Shown: piece by piece, positions 1 through 10,554 of the stretch
Numbering within the stretch: position 1 is the first letter of the stretch
How the letters are laid out: each line of letters begins with the position of its first letter
From: Hyphomicrobiales bacterium
GTDB lineage: Bacteria > Pseudomonadota > Alphaproteobacteria > Rhizobiales > Rhizobiaceae
Direction of reading: 5' to 3'
Assembly (NCBI GenBank): GCA_011087605.1
Contig: JAALLE010000008.1
Span: 6,979-70,978, forward strand
Length of the DNA: 64,000 nucleotides
Notes under the pieces: model-generated
Database searches by the model: none
What the model was told of the DNA's origin: nothing
What the model saw: only the letters and a program-made list of their open reading frames with translations
Position numbers and translations under genes: made by a program

Positions 1-564
1 GGTGGCATAAAGCAGACCGAGATTGATCGCAAAGATCAATATTCGATCCTGACTTGCCCGCAGATCGGCACCTACCGACAAGGATGACTTTCTGCTGCTC
101 AGTCCGCCAACCCCCAGAGGCGCTAGAATCAATATGATGGTCAATAAGGTGAGATAGCCCCCCAGCCATTGCAACTGCACCCGCCAAAACAGGATCGATC
201 GGGGCCATTGAGAAAGGGACTTTGCTGTTGAACTGCCGGATGTTGTGAAGGAAGAAAAGCTCTCAAACAGTGCATCAACCAGTGGCATGTCGGTCATCTG
301 ATAGAACGGCAACGCCGCGATGATTGGCAAAATTGTCCAGACCAGAAACATCAGCATCAAACGGCCAATTTGCGGAATGCGACGCAAGCGGCCGAGCATG
401 GCCAATATCGGCGTGCCGAATATGAAACCACCGACGAGAATATAAAATCCAAAGCGCAGAGCTTCTGCATTTTCCTTGGCCAGCAGAGCAACCATGACAG
501 GACCCAACAACGAGACCGTAAAAAACAATCCCACACATGCCAGATAGAAAAGAACTGCAAGCAT
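1..564 (-). CDS. trkH: TrkH-type K+ uptake permease, N-terminal 188 codons; gene continues past the left edge
   Basis: Absent from the ORF track because no stop lies inside the window. Hand translation of the minus strand from ATG 564-562 gives MLAVLFYLACVGLFFTVSLLGPVMVALLAKENAEALRFGFYILVGG...PLVDALFESFSSFTTSGSSTAKSL. It has several hydrophobic helices and a TrkH/KtrB-like FES-S-FTT-G pore-loop motif. There is no in-frame stop down to position 1, and the start shares an ATGA overlap with the trkA stop. Confidence 0.8.
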   Translation of the reverse strand, partial: MLAVLFYLACVGLFFTVSLLGPVMVALLAKENAEALRFGFYILVGGFIFGTPILAMLGRLRRIPQIGRLMLMFLVWTILPIIAALPFYQMTDMPLVDALFESFSSFTTSGSSTAKSLSQWPRSILFWRVQLQWLGGYLTLLTIILILAPLGVGGLSSRKSSLSVGADLRASQDRILIFAINLGLLYAT

Positions 565-1940
565 CAGAAGAATTCCAGGCTGACCCGGAACATGTGCTCA
601 ACCTGTTTTACCCGGTCGGCAGTGGCAAAGATGATCACTCGGTCGCCGGCTTTGATTGTCGTGTTGCCATCGGGCACGATAACCTCGTTGGCGCGATAAA
701 TGGCTCCGATGCGCACGCCTGCTGGCAGCGCAAGATCTCGTAGCGGTGAACCAACCAGCGGAGAAGTTTCCAACGCGTCTGCTTCAATGACCTCCGCAGC
801 TCCGTTCTGGACGGAATGCACCCCCCGGATTCGCCCGCGACGTACATGCTGCAAAATCTTTGAGATTGTCACTGATCGCGGATTCAGATGGGCATCAATA
901 CCAAGCGTCTTTGTAAACTCATAATAGCCGGTATTGTTGAGCAGCGCGAGATTTGCTTCGCAACCAAGTCGCTTGGCCATGACGCTGGAAAGAATGTTGA
1001 CCTGATCGTCATTGGTCAGTGCGACCATTAAGTCGGCATGTTCGATATCGGCTTCCAACAAAATTTGTTGGTCCAGAGCACTGCCGTGCAGAACAACACT
1101 GCGGTCCAGTTGATCGGCAATCGCTATGGCGCGCTCACGCGAATTTTCAACGATCTTTACGCGTGCCTGCGTCTGTCGGGTTTCGATGGCCTGGGCAACG
1201 TAGAGGCCAATATTACCACCGCCTATGATGACAATTCGGCTGGCGGTGGGTTCTTCATGGCCGAAAATGTTCAAAGTTCGCCGCACCCGGTCCCGTTTTA
1301 CCACCACGTAGGCGAGATCTCCCGCCATCATCCCATCGCTGGCGTGGGGAACAAACAAATTGCCGGCGCGCCAAATACCGGTGACGACGGCTGAAAGGTC
1401 AGGAAAGAGTTCGCTGAGTTGACCCAATGGCGTGTCGATAACCGGGCAATCTTCCAGACATTCAATGGCAACCATTGCCACCTCACCGTCGGCAAATTGT
1501 ACGGCGTCCGTTGCACCGGGAAGCGCGATGCGACGCAACACCATTTCACCGACTTCAATTTCCGGAGAAATGATCACGTCAATCGGCATGTTGTCGCGCG
1601 AAAACAGATCCCGATAGATTGGCTGCAGGTAGGTTTGCGCCCGAATACGCGCAACCTTTGTTGGTACGTTGAACAGCGAGTGGGCAACCTGACAGGCAAC
1701 CATATTGACTTCGTCATACAGCGTAACACCGATGATCATGTCTGCGTCTTCAGCACCCGCTGCCTGCAAAACATCGGGTTGCGAGCCATGGCCGACAAAT
1801 CCACGCACGTCGAGCTGATCGCGAATAACCTGCACCAACGACGCAGAGCTATCGATTACCGAGACGTCGTTGCCTTCAGTGGCAAGGCGTTCTGCAATGC
1901 CGTATCCAACCTGGCCTGCGCCACAAATAATAACTTTCAT
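564..1940 (-). CDS. trkA: Trk system K+ uptake protein TrkA (NAD-binding RCK protein)
   Basis: 458-aa ORF. It has an N-terminal Rossmann motif (MKVIICGAGQVGYGIAERL) and a second Rossmann half (IIGGGNIGLYVA), the duplicated TrkA-N/TrkA-C layout. Confidence 0.95.
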   Translation of the reverse strand: MKVIICGAGQVGYGIAERLATEGNDVSVIDSSASLVQVIRDQLDVRGFVGHGSQPDVLQAAGAEDADMIIGVTLYDEVNMVACQVAHSLFNVPTKVARIRAQTYLQPIYRDLFSRDNMPIDVIISPEIEVGEMVLRRIALPGATDAVQFADGEVAMVAIECLEDCPVIDTPLGQLSELFPDLSAVVTGIWRAGNLFVPHASDGMMAGDLAYVVVKRDRVRRTLNIFGHEEPTASRIVIIGGGNIGLYVAQAIETRQTQARVKIVENSRERAIAIADQLDRSVVLHGSALDQQILLEADIEHADLMVALTNDDQVNILSSVMAKRLGCEANLALLNNTGYYEFTKTLGIDAHLNPRSVTISKILQHVRRGRIRGVHSVQNGAAEVIEADALETSPLVGSPLRDLALPAGVRIGAIYRANEVIVPDGNTTIKAGDRVIIFATADRVKQVEHMFRVSLEFF

Positions 1941-1989
1941 GTCGCCTCAGCTTCTTGTGTCAGCATGATTAACAGCAAACCGGGGTGCA

Positions 1990-3351
1990 CTATATGCCAA
2001 GCGACTTCAATTTGCGATGCAATGCGGAGCGTTCCATACCAACGAAAGACGCCGTGCGCGAGATATTTCCACCAAATCGCGTAATTTGTGCCAGCAAATA
2101 GTCGCGTTCGAACATTTCACGAGCCTCCCGCAACGGCATGGACATTATGTGATCATCGCTGGTTCCGGGGGTTTTGGGCAGCATATCACTGATTTCTCCG
2201 GGCAAATGTTCCGCATGGACTTCTTCGCCATCATCTCCGCGAGACAGAATCATCAAACGTTCGACGTTGTTGCGTAACTGACGCAGATTTCCCGGCCAGG
2301 AATGGGCATGCAGAACAGCCATAGCATCTTCACCGATGGTGCAGCTTTTAATGCCGGACTGAGCTTCAATCTGTTCCATGAATGCGTCGATAAGTTCACC
2401 AATGTCTTCGCGGCGGTCAGCCAATGGAGGCACCTGGACAGGCACCACTGCCAGTCGGTGAAACAGGTCTTCGCGAAACAGTCCCTGAGCTATCCGTTCT
2501 TCCAGGTCAATCGACGTGGATGACAATACCCGCACTTCGACGGCTACTTTTTTGGTTCCGCCTACACGTTCGAATTTCTGTTCGACCAAAACCCGCAAAA
2601 TCTTGTTTTGGGTTTCGCGTGGCATTTCCCCCACCTCATCAAGGAACAACGTGCCCAGATGGGCCTCTTCCAGCGCGCCCACTTTCGACTGTTTTCCATC
2701 TGTGGCTTCTACACCGAACAATTCGGTTTCCATGTTTTCCGGTGTTATTGCGGCTGCATTCAGCACGACAAATGGCCCATCAGATCGCGATGAGTGTTTG
2801 TGAATGGCACGGGCAACCATTTCCTTTCCAGCGCCGGAAGGTCCTATTATCATCACACGTGAATTTGTCTGCGCGACTTTTTCGATATTGGAACGCAACT
2901 GGTTCATCGCCATGGACGACCCAATCATTTCGGGCATATCGGGGGTGCGCCGTTCGAGTTCTTTGACCTGCTTGCGAAGACCCGCAGTTTCCAGGGCACG
3001 TTCGGCGATCAGTACCAGCCGGTCGGCCTTGAACGGCTTTTCAATATAGTCGTAGGCACCGCGTTTTATTGCAGAAACGGCGGTTTCGATGTTGCCGTGA
3101 CCTGATATCACCACCACCGGCAGATCGGGATGCTGTTCCTGAATTACATCGAGCAGAGCCAGCCCATCCAACCTGCTGCCTTGCAGCCAGATGTCGAGAA
3201 ATATCATCGACGGACGGCGGTCCGAAATCGCCGCCAGGGCGCTGTCACTGTCAGATGCCTGACGCGTTCCATGGCCTTCATCTTCCAGCAGACCGGAGAC
3301 CAGATTTCGAATGTCGGCTTCATCGTCGACGACCAATATGTCAGATGCCAC
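1990..3351 (-). CDS. ntrX: NtrX response regulator (receiver + AAA+ lacking GAFTGA + C-terminal HTH)
   Basis: The track ORF is 1990..3381. I place the start at GTG 3351 because AAGGAG lies 6 nt upstream and the product then begins MASDILVVDDE, as I recall for other NtrX proteins. It has Walker A GPSGAGKE and no GAFTGA loop, unlike the NtrC paralogue upstream. It overlaps the ntrY stop by 11 nt. Confidence 0.9.
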   Translation of the reverse strand: MASDILVVDDEADIRNLVSGLLEDEGHGTRQASDSDSALAAISDRRPSMIFLDIWLQGSRLDGLALLDVIQEQHPDLPVVVISGHGNIETAVSAIKRGAYDYIEKPFKADRLVLIAERALETAGLRKQVKELERRTPDMPEMIGSSMAMNQLRSNIEKVAQTNSRVMIIGPSGAGKEMVARAIHKHSSRSDGPFVVLNAAAITPENMETELFGVEATDGKQSKVGALEEAHLGTLFLDEVGEMPRETQNKILRVLVEQKFERVGGTKKVAVEVRVLSSTSIDLEERIAQGLFREDLFHRLAVVPVQVPPLADRREDIGELIDAFMEQIEAQSGIKSCTIGEDAMAVLHAHSWPGNLRQLRNNVERLMILSRGDDGEEVHAEHLPGEISDMLPKTPGTSDDHIMSMPLREAREMFERDYLLAQITRFGGNISRTASFVGMERSALHRKLKSLGI

Positions 3352-5605
3352 CTGTTGCTCCTTTTTGAGTTTCGTCCCCATCCGTGTTGTTCACATGAAT
3401 CGGCAGATACAGCCGCATGAGCGCGCCATGTCCGCCGCTAGCCACATGCGGCGCGTCCATCAGTTCGATACGCCCACCATGTTCTTCGAGAATTTTGCCG
3501 ACAATCGCCAGACCGAGGCCGGTACCCTTTTCCCGGGTGGTCATATAAGGCTCCAACAGTCTTTGCCGGTTTTCTGTAGGCAGGCCTTTGCCATTGTCGA
3601 TTATATCTATTTGATGCATGTCGCCGGTCTGGCGGTGCAGTATCTCAATGTAAGGATGCTCATCACCTTCAAATTGCACGCCTTCCATGGCTTCGCTGGC
3701 GTTCTTGACCAAATTGCCGAAAGCCTGACCAAGCAAACGGCTGTCAAAACGCGCGACAATTTCCTGCTCATCCAATTCCACGCGAAAATCAATCTCAGGA
3801 TGGGAAACTTTCAAAAGAAATACGGCTTCTCGAATTGGCTCCCGCAAATCACCCACGACCAGAGTTGGTTTTGGCATTCTGGCAAACGAAGAGAATTCAT
3901 CTACCATACGACCGATATCCGCTACCTGACGGATGATTGTGTCAGTACATTGATCAAACACTTCCCGGTCTTCGGTAATGACTTTGCCGTAGCGCCGACG
4001 AATTCTCTCGGCAGACAGTTGAATTGGTGTCAGCGGGTTCTTGATTTCATGGGCAATTCTGCGCGCCACATCTGCCCAGGCCGAAGTTCTTTGCGCAGAG
4101 ACCAGATCAGTAATGTCGTCAATGGTGATGACGTGTGAATTTACCCCATCAATTCCGTGATCCACGGAAACCTGGACATTCAGGGTCCGATCTCGGCCAC
4201 CACTGGCAACCGATATTTGCTCAAGATGGGTGTTTTTGCCGCTTTGGTCGGCGTTTTCCAGCACTGAAGCAAGTTCACGACTTATCTCGCTGAGCGGTGC
4301 GCCCACGAGAGAATCGGCGTCTTTGCCCAATAATCTGCTGGCCGAGGAATTGGCAATCGCCAATCTCCCCTCGCCGGATATGCCAATTACTCCGGCAGTC
4401 ACGCCGGCCAACACCGCTTCTGTAAAGCGGCGGCGGCTGTCGATCTGTTCTTGATTGTCCAGAATTTCATCACGCTGAGTGCGCAATTCACTGGTCATCA
4501 GGTTGAATGTATCGGCCAGTGAACGCAGTTCACCTTCTGATCGGGTAATTGGAACACTAACTTCCAGATCACCGGAGGCAACTTTGTCTGCGGCGAAAAT
4601 CAATCGTCGGATGGGTTCAACCAGCCGTTCGGCCACCGCGATACCCATCCAGATGGCCGCCAAAAGAATGGTCAGACAAATGCCGACGTAAAGCAGTGCG
4701 AAGGCGATCTGCAGGGGAAGCCGTCCACTTTCCAGCAGATTGTATTCCTCGGTTATCTCTTCCATCAGTTGAATGGAATTAAGCACGCCCGGATCAACGG
4801 AGCGCAAGGTGTACAGATACACATCGTCTCCGAGGCCCTTCACCTTCAAAACGCAACCGGCCAGGTTTCTGATTTTGGGGCCACCACAGGCAGGTTTTTC
4901 ATTCTTAGCGAGTTCCATCAGGCTCGGCGGAACTTGTGGCAGCTGCTGGCTGGCCGCATCGTCAATTGTAACAATCACACTGCCATCAGCGCGGATTAAA
5001 GAGGCATTCAACAGGCCACGGGCGCGACTCTGGCCGCGCATAAACTGAACAAACGCGCTCTGATCCAACACGAAAGCGCTGCGGTTGCGCGACAGAAGAA
5101 AGCCCATGTTAATCGTGTTGGAATTCAAAGTTGATGCGGTTTCAGCGACATAGGATTCCGCCACACTGACCGAGTTGGAAACAATTGTGCGGGTTCGGGT
5201 ATCGAATATGCGATCCAGACCCAGATCAAGTGTTATGCCGGCCACTACAGCAACGATAATCGCTGGAAAAGCCGACACAACGGCAAACAAACCAACAATG
5301 CGGATATGCATGCGTGCCGCGGCGCGTCCACGACGGCGCGCCAACAGCAATATGCGTACTTCTCGCCCGACGAGCAGCAGCATAGTTGTGACCAACACCG
5401 CATTAATTGCCAAAACCGTCAATATGACGTTTTCGGTGGGCTCAATGGCGGTCAGTCCCAGCAAGACCAAAAACGAAGCCGCCCCAAAACACAGAACCAG
5501 CAGGACAAATGCGGCTCCATAGCGACGCGCATAACCGAGGCTCGAACCGCGGGATGTTACGGGTTCGGCAATCGAATCGACAGATTTAGCTTCTGACGCT
5601 GTCAT
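3341..5605 (-). CDS. ntrY: NtrY sensor histidine kinase (TM-HAMP-PAS-HisKA-HATPase)
   Basis: 754 aa. It has N-terminal hydrophobic helices, the H-box [18 protein letters not shown], and a C-terminal ATPase with GTGLGLAIV. It sits in the ntrBC-ntrYX cluster. Confidence 0.9.
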   Translation of the reverse strand: MTASEAKSVDSIAEPVTSRGSSLGYARRYGAAFVLLVLCFGAASFLVLLGLTAIEPTENVILTVLAINAVLVTTMLLLVGREVRILLLARRRGRAAARMHIRIVGLFAVVSAFPAIIVAVVAGITLDLGLDRIFDTRTRTIVSNSVSVAESYVAETASTLNSNTINMGFLLSRNRSAFVLDQSAFVQFMRGQSRARGLLNASLIRADGSVIVTIDDAASQQLPQVPPSLMELAKNEKPACGGPKIRNLAGCVLKVKGLGDDVYLYTLRSVDPGVLNSIQLMEEITEEYNLLESGRLPLQIAFALLYVGICLTILLAAIWMGIAVAERLVEPIRRLIFAADKVASGDLEVSVPITRSEGELRSLADTFNLMTSELRTQRDEILDNQEQIDSRRRFTEAVLAGVTAGVIGISGEGRLAIANSSASRLLGKDADSLVGAPLSEISRELASVLENADQSGKNTHLEQISVASGGRDRTLNVQVSVDHGIDGVNSHVITIDDITDLVSAQRTSAWADVARRIAHEIKNPLTPIQLSAERIRRRYGKVITEDREVFDQCTDTIIRQVADIGRMVDEFSSFARMPKPTLVVGDLREPIREAVFLLKVSHPEIDFRVELDEQEIVARFDSRLLGQAFGNLVKNASEAMEGVQFEGDEHPYIEILHRQTGDMHQIDIIDNGKGLPTENRQRLLEPYMTTREKGTGLGLAIVGKILEEHGGRIELMDAPHVASGGHGALMRLYLPIHVNNTDGDETQKGATGGI

Positions 5606-5639
5606 CTACCTTTGGAAATTCCAGGCTGCGGGGTGTCAC

Positions 5640-5676
5640 GTTGCCATTATGCAACAAATTGTTGCGCAAAGGCAAC
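5640..5676 (-). promoter_or_regulatory. Nested palindrome in the ntrC-ntrY spacer (candidate attenuator hairpin or operator)
   Basis: The plus-strand sequence is GTTGCC-ATTAT-GCAACAA-A-TTGTTGC-GCAAA-GGCAAC. The outer arms are 6 bp and the inner arms 7 bp. It lies in the 85-bp gap between ntrC and ntrY, and no U-tract follows it on the transcribed strand. Confidence 0.3.
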
Positions 5677-5690
5677 AGAATTGCCGATCA

Positions 5691-7136
5691 CTAATTAATA
5701 CCGCGCATTACCTGCAAGTCGAGATCTTTGATCTTTTTGCGCAGGGTATTTCGGTTCAGGCCGAGAACTTTTGCCGCCTTAATCTGGTTACCACGCGTGG
5801 CCCGAAGCGTCATGCTAATCAACGGCTCTTCTATCTCACGCAGAACGGTTGCATAGAGATTTTCAAGTGGCTGATCTTCATCGTTTGATTCAAGCAATTG
5901 GGCCGTGAAAGCCGATACAGACGCCTGCAATTGCTGTTCGTTGACCTCACCCAGATGGTTGGCGCTCGCAGATTGTCGGGCCGCTGAAAGTTCATTTTCA
6001 ACCAATTCTGCGGAAATCTTCTCCTGAGGATAGAGGGCTGCTAGCCGCTGCACGAGATTTTCAAGCTCACGAACATTTCCTGGCCAGTGGTGTTGCTTCA
6101 GGCGGTCCAGCGCAGACTTGTCGAAAACTTTTCGCGGCAATCCGCGCAATTCCGCCTGCTCAAGAAAATGGCGCGCCAGATCCGGTACGTCCTGTCCCCG
6201 CTCACGCAAGGGTGGCAATCGAAGGGGAACGACATTCAACCGGTAGTACAAATCTTCTCTGAACTGGCCCCGATCAATCAGTCCACCAAGGTCCTGGTGG
6301 GTCGCTGCAACAATGCGCACGTCGGTGGAGATGGGGGTGCGACCGCCCACCGTCGTATATTCCCCCTCCTGCAACACCCGCAAAAGCCGGGTCTGGGCTT
6401 CCATTGGCATATCGCCGATCTCATCGAGAAAGAGTGTTCCGCCATTTGCCTGCTCAAATCGACCTGCCGATCTGCTGTTGGCACCGGTAAAAGCCCCTTT
6501 TTCATGGCCGAACAATTCCGACTCGATCAATTCGCTTGGAATGGCAGCCATGTTGATGGCAACAAACGGTCCGGACTTGCGCTTGCCAAACTGGTGCAGA
6601 GCTTTGGCCACGAGTTCTTTACCTGTACCAGATTCACCATTGATCATGACCGTCAGATCGGTCTGGGTCATGCGGGCAATGAGGCGATAAATCTCCTGCA
6701 TGGCTGGCGACCTGCCAACCAGCGGCATGGTGGCTTCGGCCGCCACCGGCGCATGGCCAGCCTTGTCATTTTCCGCCGGCTGGGCCAATGCCCTTTCAAC
6801 CGTGCCAATCAATTCTTTCAGATCAAATGGCTTGGGGAGATAGTCATAGGCCCCCTTCTCCGTAGCGGTAATCGCGGTCATGAAAGTATTTTGTGCGCTC
6901 ATCACAATTACCGGCAGATCGGGTCTTACCCGTTTCATGCGAGGTAGCAGATCAAACACATTCTCATCCGGCATGATGACATCTGTGACGACCAGATCTC
7001 CATCGCCGGCCGCAGTCCACCGCCACAGCGTGTTGGCGTTTGAAGTGACGCGAACGTCGTACCCTTCCCGCGAAAGAGCCTGGGAGAGCACCGTTCTAAT
7101 GGCTGCATCATCATCGGCAATTAAAATTTCTGGCAT
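5691..7136 (-). CDS. ntrC: Nitrogen regulation protein NtrC (sigma-54 dependent response regulator)
   Basis: 481 aa. It has a receiver domain ([11 protein letters not shown]), an AAA+ domain with GESGTGKE and the GAFTGA loop (HEKGAFTGA), and a C-terminal Fis-type HTH ([16 protein letters not shown]). Confidence 0.93.
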   Translation of the reverse strand: MPEILIADDDAAIRTVLSQALSREGYDVRVTSNANTLWRWTAAGDGDLVVTDVIMPDENVFDLLPRMKRVRPDLPVIVMSAQNTFMTAITATEKGAYDYLPKPFDLKELIGTVERALAQPAENDKAGHAPVAAEATMPLVGRSPAMQEIYRLIARMTQTDLTVMINGESGTGKELVAKALHQFGKRKSGPFVAINMAAIPSELIESELFGHEKGAFTGANSRSAGRFEQANGGTLFLDEIGDMPMEAQTRLLRVLQEGEYTTVGGRTPISTDVRIVAATHQDLGGLIDRGQFREDLYYRLNVVPLRLPPLRERGQDVPDLARHFLEQAELRGLPRKVFDKSALDRLKQHHWPGNVRELENLVQRLAALYPQEKISAELVENELSAARQSASANHLGEVNEQQLQASVSAFTAQLLESNDEDQPLENLYATVLREIEEPLISMTLRATRGNQIKAAKVLGLNRNTLRKKIKDLDLQVMRGIN

Positions 7137-7143
7137 GGGGTTC

Positions 7144-8250
7144 TCAATTGCTCCGTTCTTCAGACCACATCGGCATCAGGACTTGAAAATTTGTTGCGCC
7201 GGGCTGGCTGTCACAGGAAATAATGCCGCCATGATCGCCGATAATTTTGGCCACCAGAGCCAGCCCCAGGCCAGACCCGTTCGGTTTGCTGGAAACGAAG
7301 GGATCAAACATGTAGGCGACCATGTCCTCCGGCACGCCGGGCCCGTTATCTGCAACGGTCATCGAGATGGGCAGTGAAATTCGTTCCCGGCTTCCTGGTG
7401 CTGCAACGCTCATCCCGGGCCGGAAGGCGGTAGTCAACGTAATTTGCGGATTCGGAACATCCAGCAACGCTTCGCTGGCGTTTTTAACGAGGTTCAGAAA
7501 TACCTGTATCAACTGGTCTCGATTGCCCAACACAGGCGGCAGAGATGGGTCATAGCGCTCAACAATCGAAATATTGGTGGCGAAGCCTGACCGGGCCAGT
7601 TTTTTTACATGCTCCAGTACTGAATGGACATTGACCGGGTCGCGCTCAATGGGACGTTCGTCGGAGAACGCTTCCATGCGATCTACTAGACGGACAATGC
7701 GGTCTGTTTCTTCGGTGATCAGGCGGGTCAGTGCACGGTCGTCCTCATCGCTGTGAGCTTCCAGCAACTGTGCTGCGCCTCGAATGCCGGACAGTGGATT
7801 CTTGATTTCATGTGCCAGCATTGATGCAAGACCGGTGACGGTCCGAGCTGCCCCCCGGTGGGTAAGCTGCTTATCCAGCGTATCCGCCATTGAACGAACC
7901 TGTAACAAAACCACCACACTGTCAGCATGCTCGACAACAGGGGCAACATAGACGTCTACAAACCGTTCCGGGCCCAGGCGGGGTGAAGACACATCAACCT
8001 TGTATTCACTGATTGGAGAACGCGTCGCCTGAACCTGCTCAATCAACGTCCGCATCGGACTTCCGGCCGGAAGGAACCAGTTGAACTTTCGGTTTTTCAA
8101 CACTGTGAAACTGGATTGGAAAAACGCTTCGGCTGCCGCATTGACGAATTCAAAATGGCCGTCCTTCGACACCATAAACACCGGATGCGGCAACGCATTG
8201 AGCACGTCGACAGGCAGACCAAATTGATTTGCTGAGTCCATATCGATCAT
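7144..8250 (-). CDS. ntrB: Nitrogen regulation sensor kinase NtrB
   Basis: 368 aa. It has an N-terminal PAS-like region, the H-box [19 protein letters not shown], and an HATPase with GSGLGLALV. It lies 7 nt upstream of ntrC. Confidence 0.9.
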   Translation of the reverse strand: MIDMDSANQFGLPVDVLNALPHPVFMVSKDGHFEFVNAAAEAFFQSSFTVLKNRKFNWFLPAGSPMRTLIEQVQATRSPISEYKVDVSSPRLGPERFVDVYVAPVVEHADSVVVLLQVRSMADTLDKQLTHRGAARTVTGLASMLAHEIKNPLSGIRGAAQLLEAHSDEDDRALTRLITEETDRIVRLVDRMEAFSDERPIERDPVNVHSVLEHVKKLARSGFATNISIVERYDPSLPPVLGNRDQLIQVFLNLVKNASEALLDVPNPQITLTTAFRPGMSVAAPGSRERISLPISMTVADNGPGVPEDMVAYMFDPFVSSKPNGSGLGLALVAKIIGDHGGIISCDSQPGATNFQVLMPMWSEERSN

Positions 8251-9275
8251 CAGGCGGCCGCTTTTGGTGCAATATCTTGGGTAAATAACCGGCCTATTGT
8301 CGCAACAACTTCATTGACGTCGCGGCTGGTCATCAACAGTCTTCGAAGCGTTTGATAATCCTCCACCCCGCGCAGCCCAATGCTGTACCAATCAAGATGC
8401 TTGCGGGCGTTCCTCATGCCCAGTTCAACACCATACAAGGACAAAATAGCCTCGTAGTGGCGCGTCACAATATCTGCCAACACGGCGCCAGACGGTGCCG
8501 CTTGGGCTAATTGTTCTTCAAGGGAAGCCCCAATTTGGCCCGGCAGCCAGGGGGCACCATAAGTGGCGCGACCGATCATCACCCCATCTGCCCCAGAAAT
8601 GTCCATGGCCTTTCGAGCAGACCGAACGGATTCGATGTCTCCGTTGATGACTAATGGCACGTCGATGCGTTCGCGAACGGAACGCACTTTTGTCCAGTCC
8701 GCCTGCCCTTTGTAAAACTGATTGCGAGTACGGGCATGAACCGTAATCAGTTTTACCCCGCCAGCAACCGCCCGCTCAGCCAGTTCGGGTGCATTGATAG
8801 ATTGATCATCCCAACCAAGACGCATTTTCAGCGTAACGGGCAAGTCAGTTGCTCCCATCACTGCGTCAATCAACGTCATGGCGTGGTCCAGATCGCGCAT
8901 CAGCGCAGAGCCGGAATATCCGTTGGTCACCCGTTTAGATGGACAGCCCATATTGATGTCGATGGCATGGGCACCGGCCTGTTCAGCCATTTTTGTGGCT
9001 TGGGCCATCCATTTGGGCTGGCGCCCGGCCAATTGCACAATGTGTATCGGCAATCCAGCGGCTTCAGCTTTCAGTCGCATTTCTTCCTGACCGGTGATCA
9101 GAGCCTCGCTGGCGACCATTTCAGACACCACCATCCCAGCACCAAACTCCCAGGCTAATTGGCGAAAAGGCACATCGCTTACGCCTGACATGGGCGCCAG
9201 AAAGGCACGGTTGCGCAAGGTCAGGTCACCAATCTTCAAAGCAGATTGCGCATTTTTTGAGCAATTTTCCAACAT
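8250..9275 (-). CDS. dusB: tRNA-dihydrouridine synthase B (NifR3 family)
   Basis: 341 aa. It has Dus TIM-barrel motifs ([21 protein letters not shown]). Its stop overlaps the ntrB start by one base (8250), the classic nifR3-ntrBC arrangement. Confidence 0.93.
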   Translation of the reverse strand: MLENCSKNAQSALKIGDLTLRNRAFLAPMSGVSDVPFRQLAWEFGAGMVVSEMVASEALITGQEEMRLKAEAAGLPIHIVQLAGRQPKWMAQATKMAEQAGAHAIDINMGCPSKRVTNGYSGSALMRDLDHAMTLIDAVMGATDLPVTLKMRLGWDDQSINAPELAERAVAGGVKLITVHARTRNQFYKGQADWTKVRSVRERIDVPLVINGDIESVRSARKAMDISGADGVMIGRATYGAPWLPGQIGASLEEQLAQAAPSGAVLADIVTRHYEAILSLYGVELGMRNARKHLDWYSIGLRGVEDYQTLRRLLMTSRDVNEVVATIGRLFTQDIAPKAAA

Positions 9276-9354
9276 GGCGATTTTCTAAGCATATCTGAAT
9301 GGGGATGCAAGACGTACTATTGCGACATTGTTGCTGTCATGCCAAAGCCAAACC

Positions 9355-10554
9355 ATGGAAAAGCAAAAACAAAAAGCATCCGGGACAGCTGCAATAATCG
9401 TAGCAGCGGGTCGCGGATTGCGGGCTGGTCAATCGGATGGGCCGAAGCAGTATCAGAATCTGGGCAGTGTCTCAGTTCTGACCCGAACAATGGGCGTTTT
9501 TGCAAACCATCCTCAGGTGAATTCGATTGTCGTGGTCATCCATCCCGATGATCAAAAGCTCTACGATTCAGCGAAACTTGTGAGTGATAAACTTTTGCCC
9601 CGAGTTCTGGGGGGCGCGACGCGCCAGCAGTCGGTTGCCGCCGGCCTGGAAGCGCTGGTGGAGCTGTGTCCGAGCCAAGTGCTTATCCATGATGCCGCCC
9701 GTCCATTTGTTTCACCACAAACTATTTCACGGGTGATCGACAAGCTGGACCGGTATCAGGCGGTGTTGCCTGCTATGCCAGTTGTCGACACCATGAAGCG
9801 GCGTGATGTCGAAGGTTTGGTAACGGATACTGTGGCAAGACAGCATTTGGTGGCCGCACAAACACCACAGGGGTTTGACTACGATGCGATCCTGCACATT
9901 CATCGCGCCGCTGCAGCGGACGACCGGCACGATTTCAGCGACGATACGGGCATGGCCGAGTGGGCCGGATTGGACGTGGTTGTGGTCGACGGCAACGCCG
10001 GCAATACAAAACTCACAACTGCAGAAGATATGATCATTGCGCGGGAGATGTTTGAGATGAAAGTGCCGGATGTTCGAGTGGGGCACGGCTATGACACCCA
10101 TCAATTCATAGATGGCAGCAGCATTTGGCTGTGTGGCATTAACCTGCCGCATGACCAGTCACTTAGCGGGTATTCTGATGCTGATGTGGGCTTGCACGCC
10201 CTGACCGATGCCCTGCTGGCGACAATTGCCGATGGCGACATTGGTTCCCATTTTCCGCCAAGTGATCCGCAATGGGCTGGTGCCAGTTCGGACCAGTTCC
10301 TGAAGCACGCAGTATCACTGGTAACGGCGGCGGGTGGACGAATTACTCATATGGACGTGACATTGATTTGCGAAGCTCCGAAAATTGGACCCCACAGAGA
10401 TAAGATGCGCAGCAGTATCTCCCAAATAAGCGGGATTGAACCGAGCCGCATTTCGGTCAAAGCTACGACCAATGAACGTATCGGGTTTGTTGGACGCAAT
10501 GAGGGCATGGTCGCCATGGCTACTGCGACCGTGGTCATGGAGAGTAGTGAATGA
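9355..10554 (+). CDS. ispDF: Bifunctional IspD/IspF (MEP cytidylyltransferase / MEcPP synthase)
   Basis: The IspD N-terminus (AAIIVAAGRGLRAG) is fused to IspF (VRVGHGYDTHQF...SDADVGLHA). The track ORF starts at TTG 9328, and I prefer the first ATG at 9355. Confidence 0.92.
   Translation: MEKQKQKASGTAAIIVAAGRGLRAGQSDGPKQYQNLGSVSVLTRTMGVFANHPQVNSIVVVIHPDDQKLYDSAKLVSDKLLPRVLGGATRQQSVAAGLEALVELCPSQVLIHDAARPFVSPQTISRVIDKLDRYQAVLPAMPVVDTMKRRDVEGLVTDTVARQHLVAAQTPQGFDYDAILHIHRAAAADDRHDFSDDTGMAEWAGLDVVVVDGNAGNTKLTTAEDMIIAREMFEMKVPDVRVGHGYDTHQFIDGSSIWLCGINLPHDQSLSGYSDADVGLHALTDALLATIADGDIGSHFPPSDPQWAGASSDQFLKHAVSLVTAAGGRITHMDVTLICEAPKIGPHRDKMRSSISQISGIEPSRISVKATTNERIGFVGRNEGMVAMATATVVMESSE

Noticed and set aside
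3311-4138. 275-aa plus-strand ORF (similar cases at 1419..2084, 40565..41179, 44090..44737, 52443..53114, 18897..19523, 24713..25306)
   Set aside because: All are antisense to genes with strong family signatures (ntrY, trkA, accC, methyltransferase/NDUFA12, cobT, cysteine desulfurase, AsmA-like). I judged them to be shadow ORFs.
6087-6947. 286-aa plus-strand ORF
   Set aside because: It lies entirely antisense to the well-supported ntrC gene. Its Arg/Gly/His-rich, low-complexity composition is typical of a shadow ORF, and it has no recognisable motifs.
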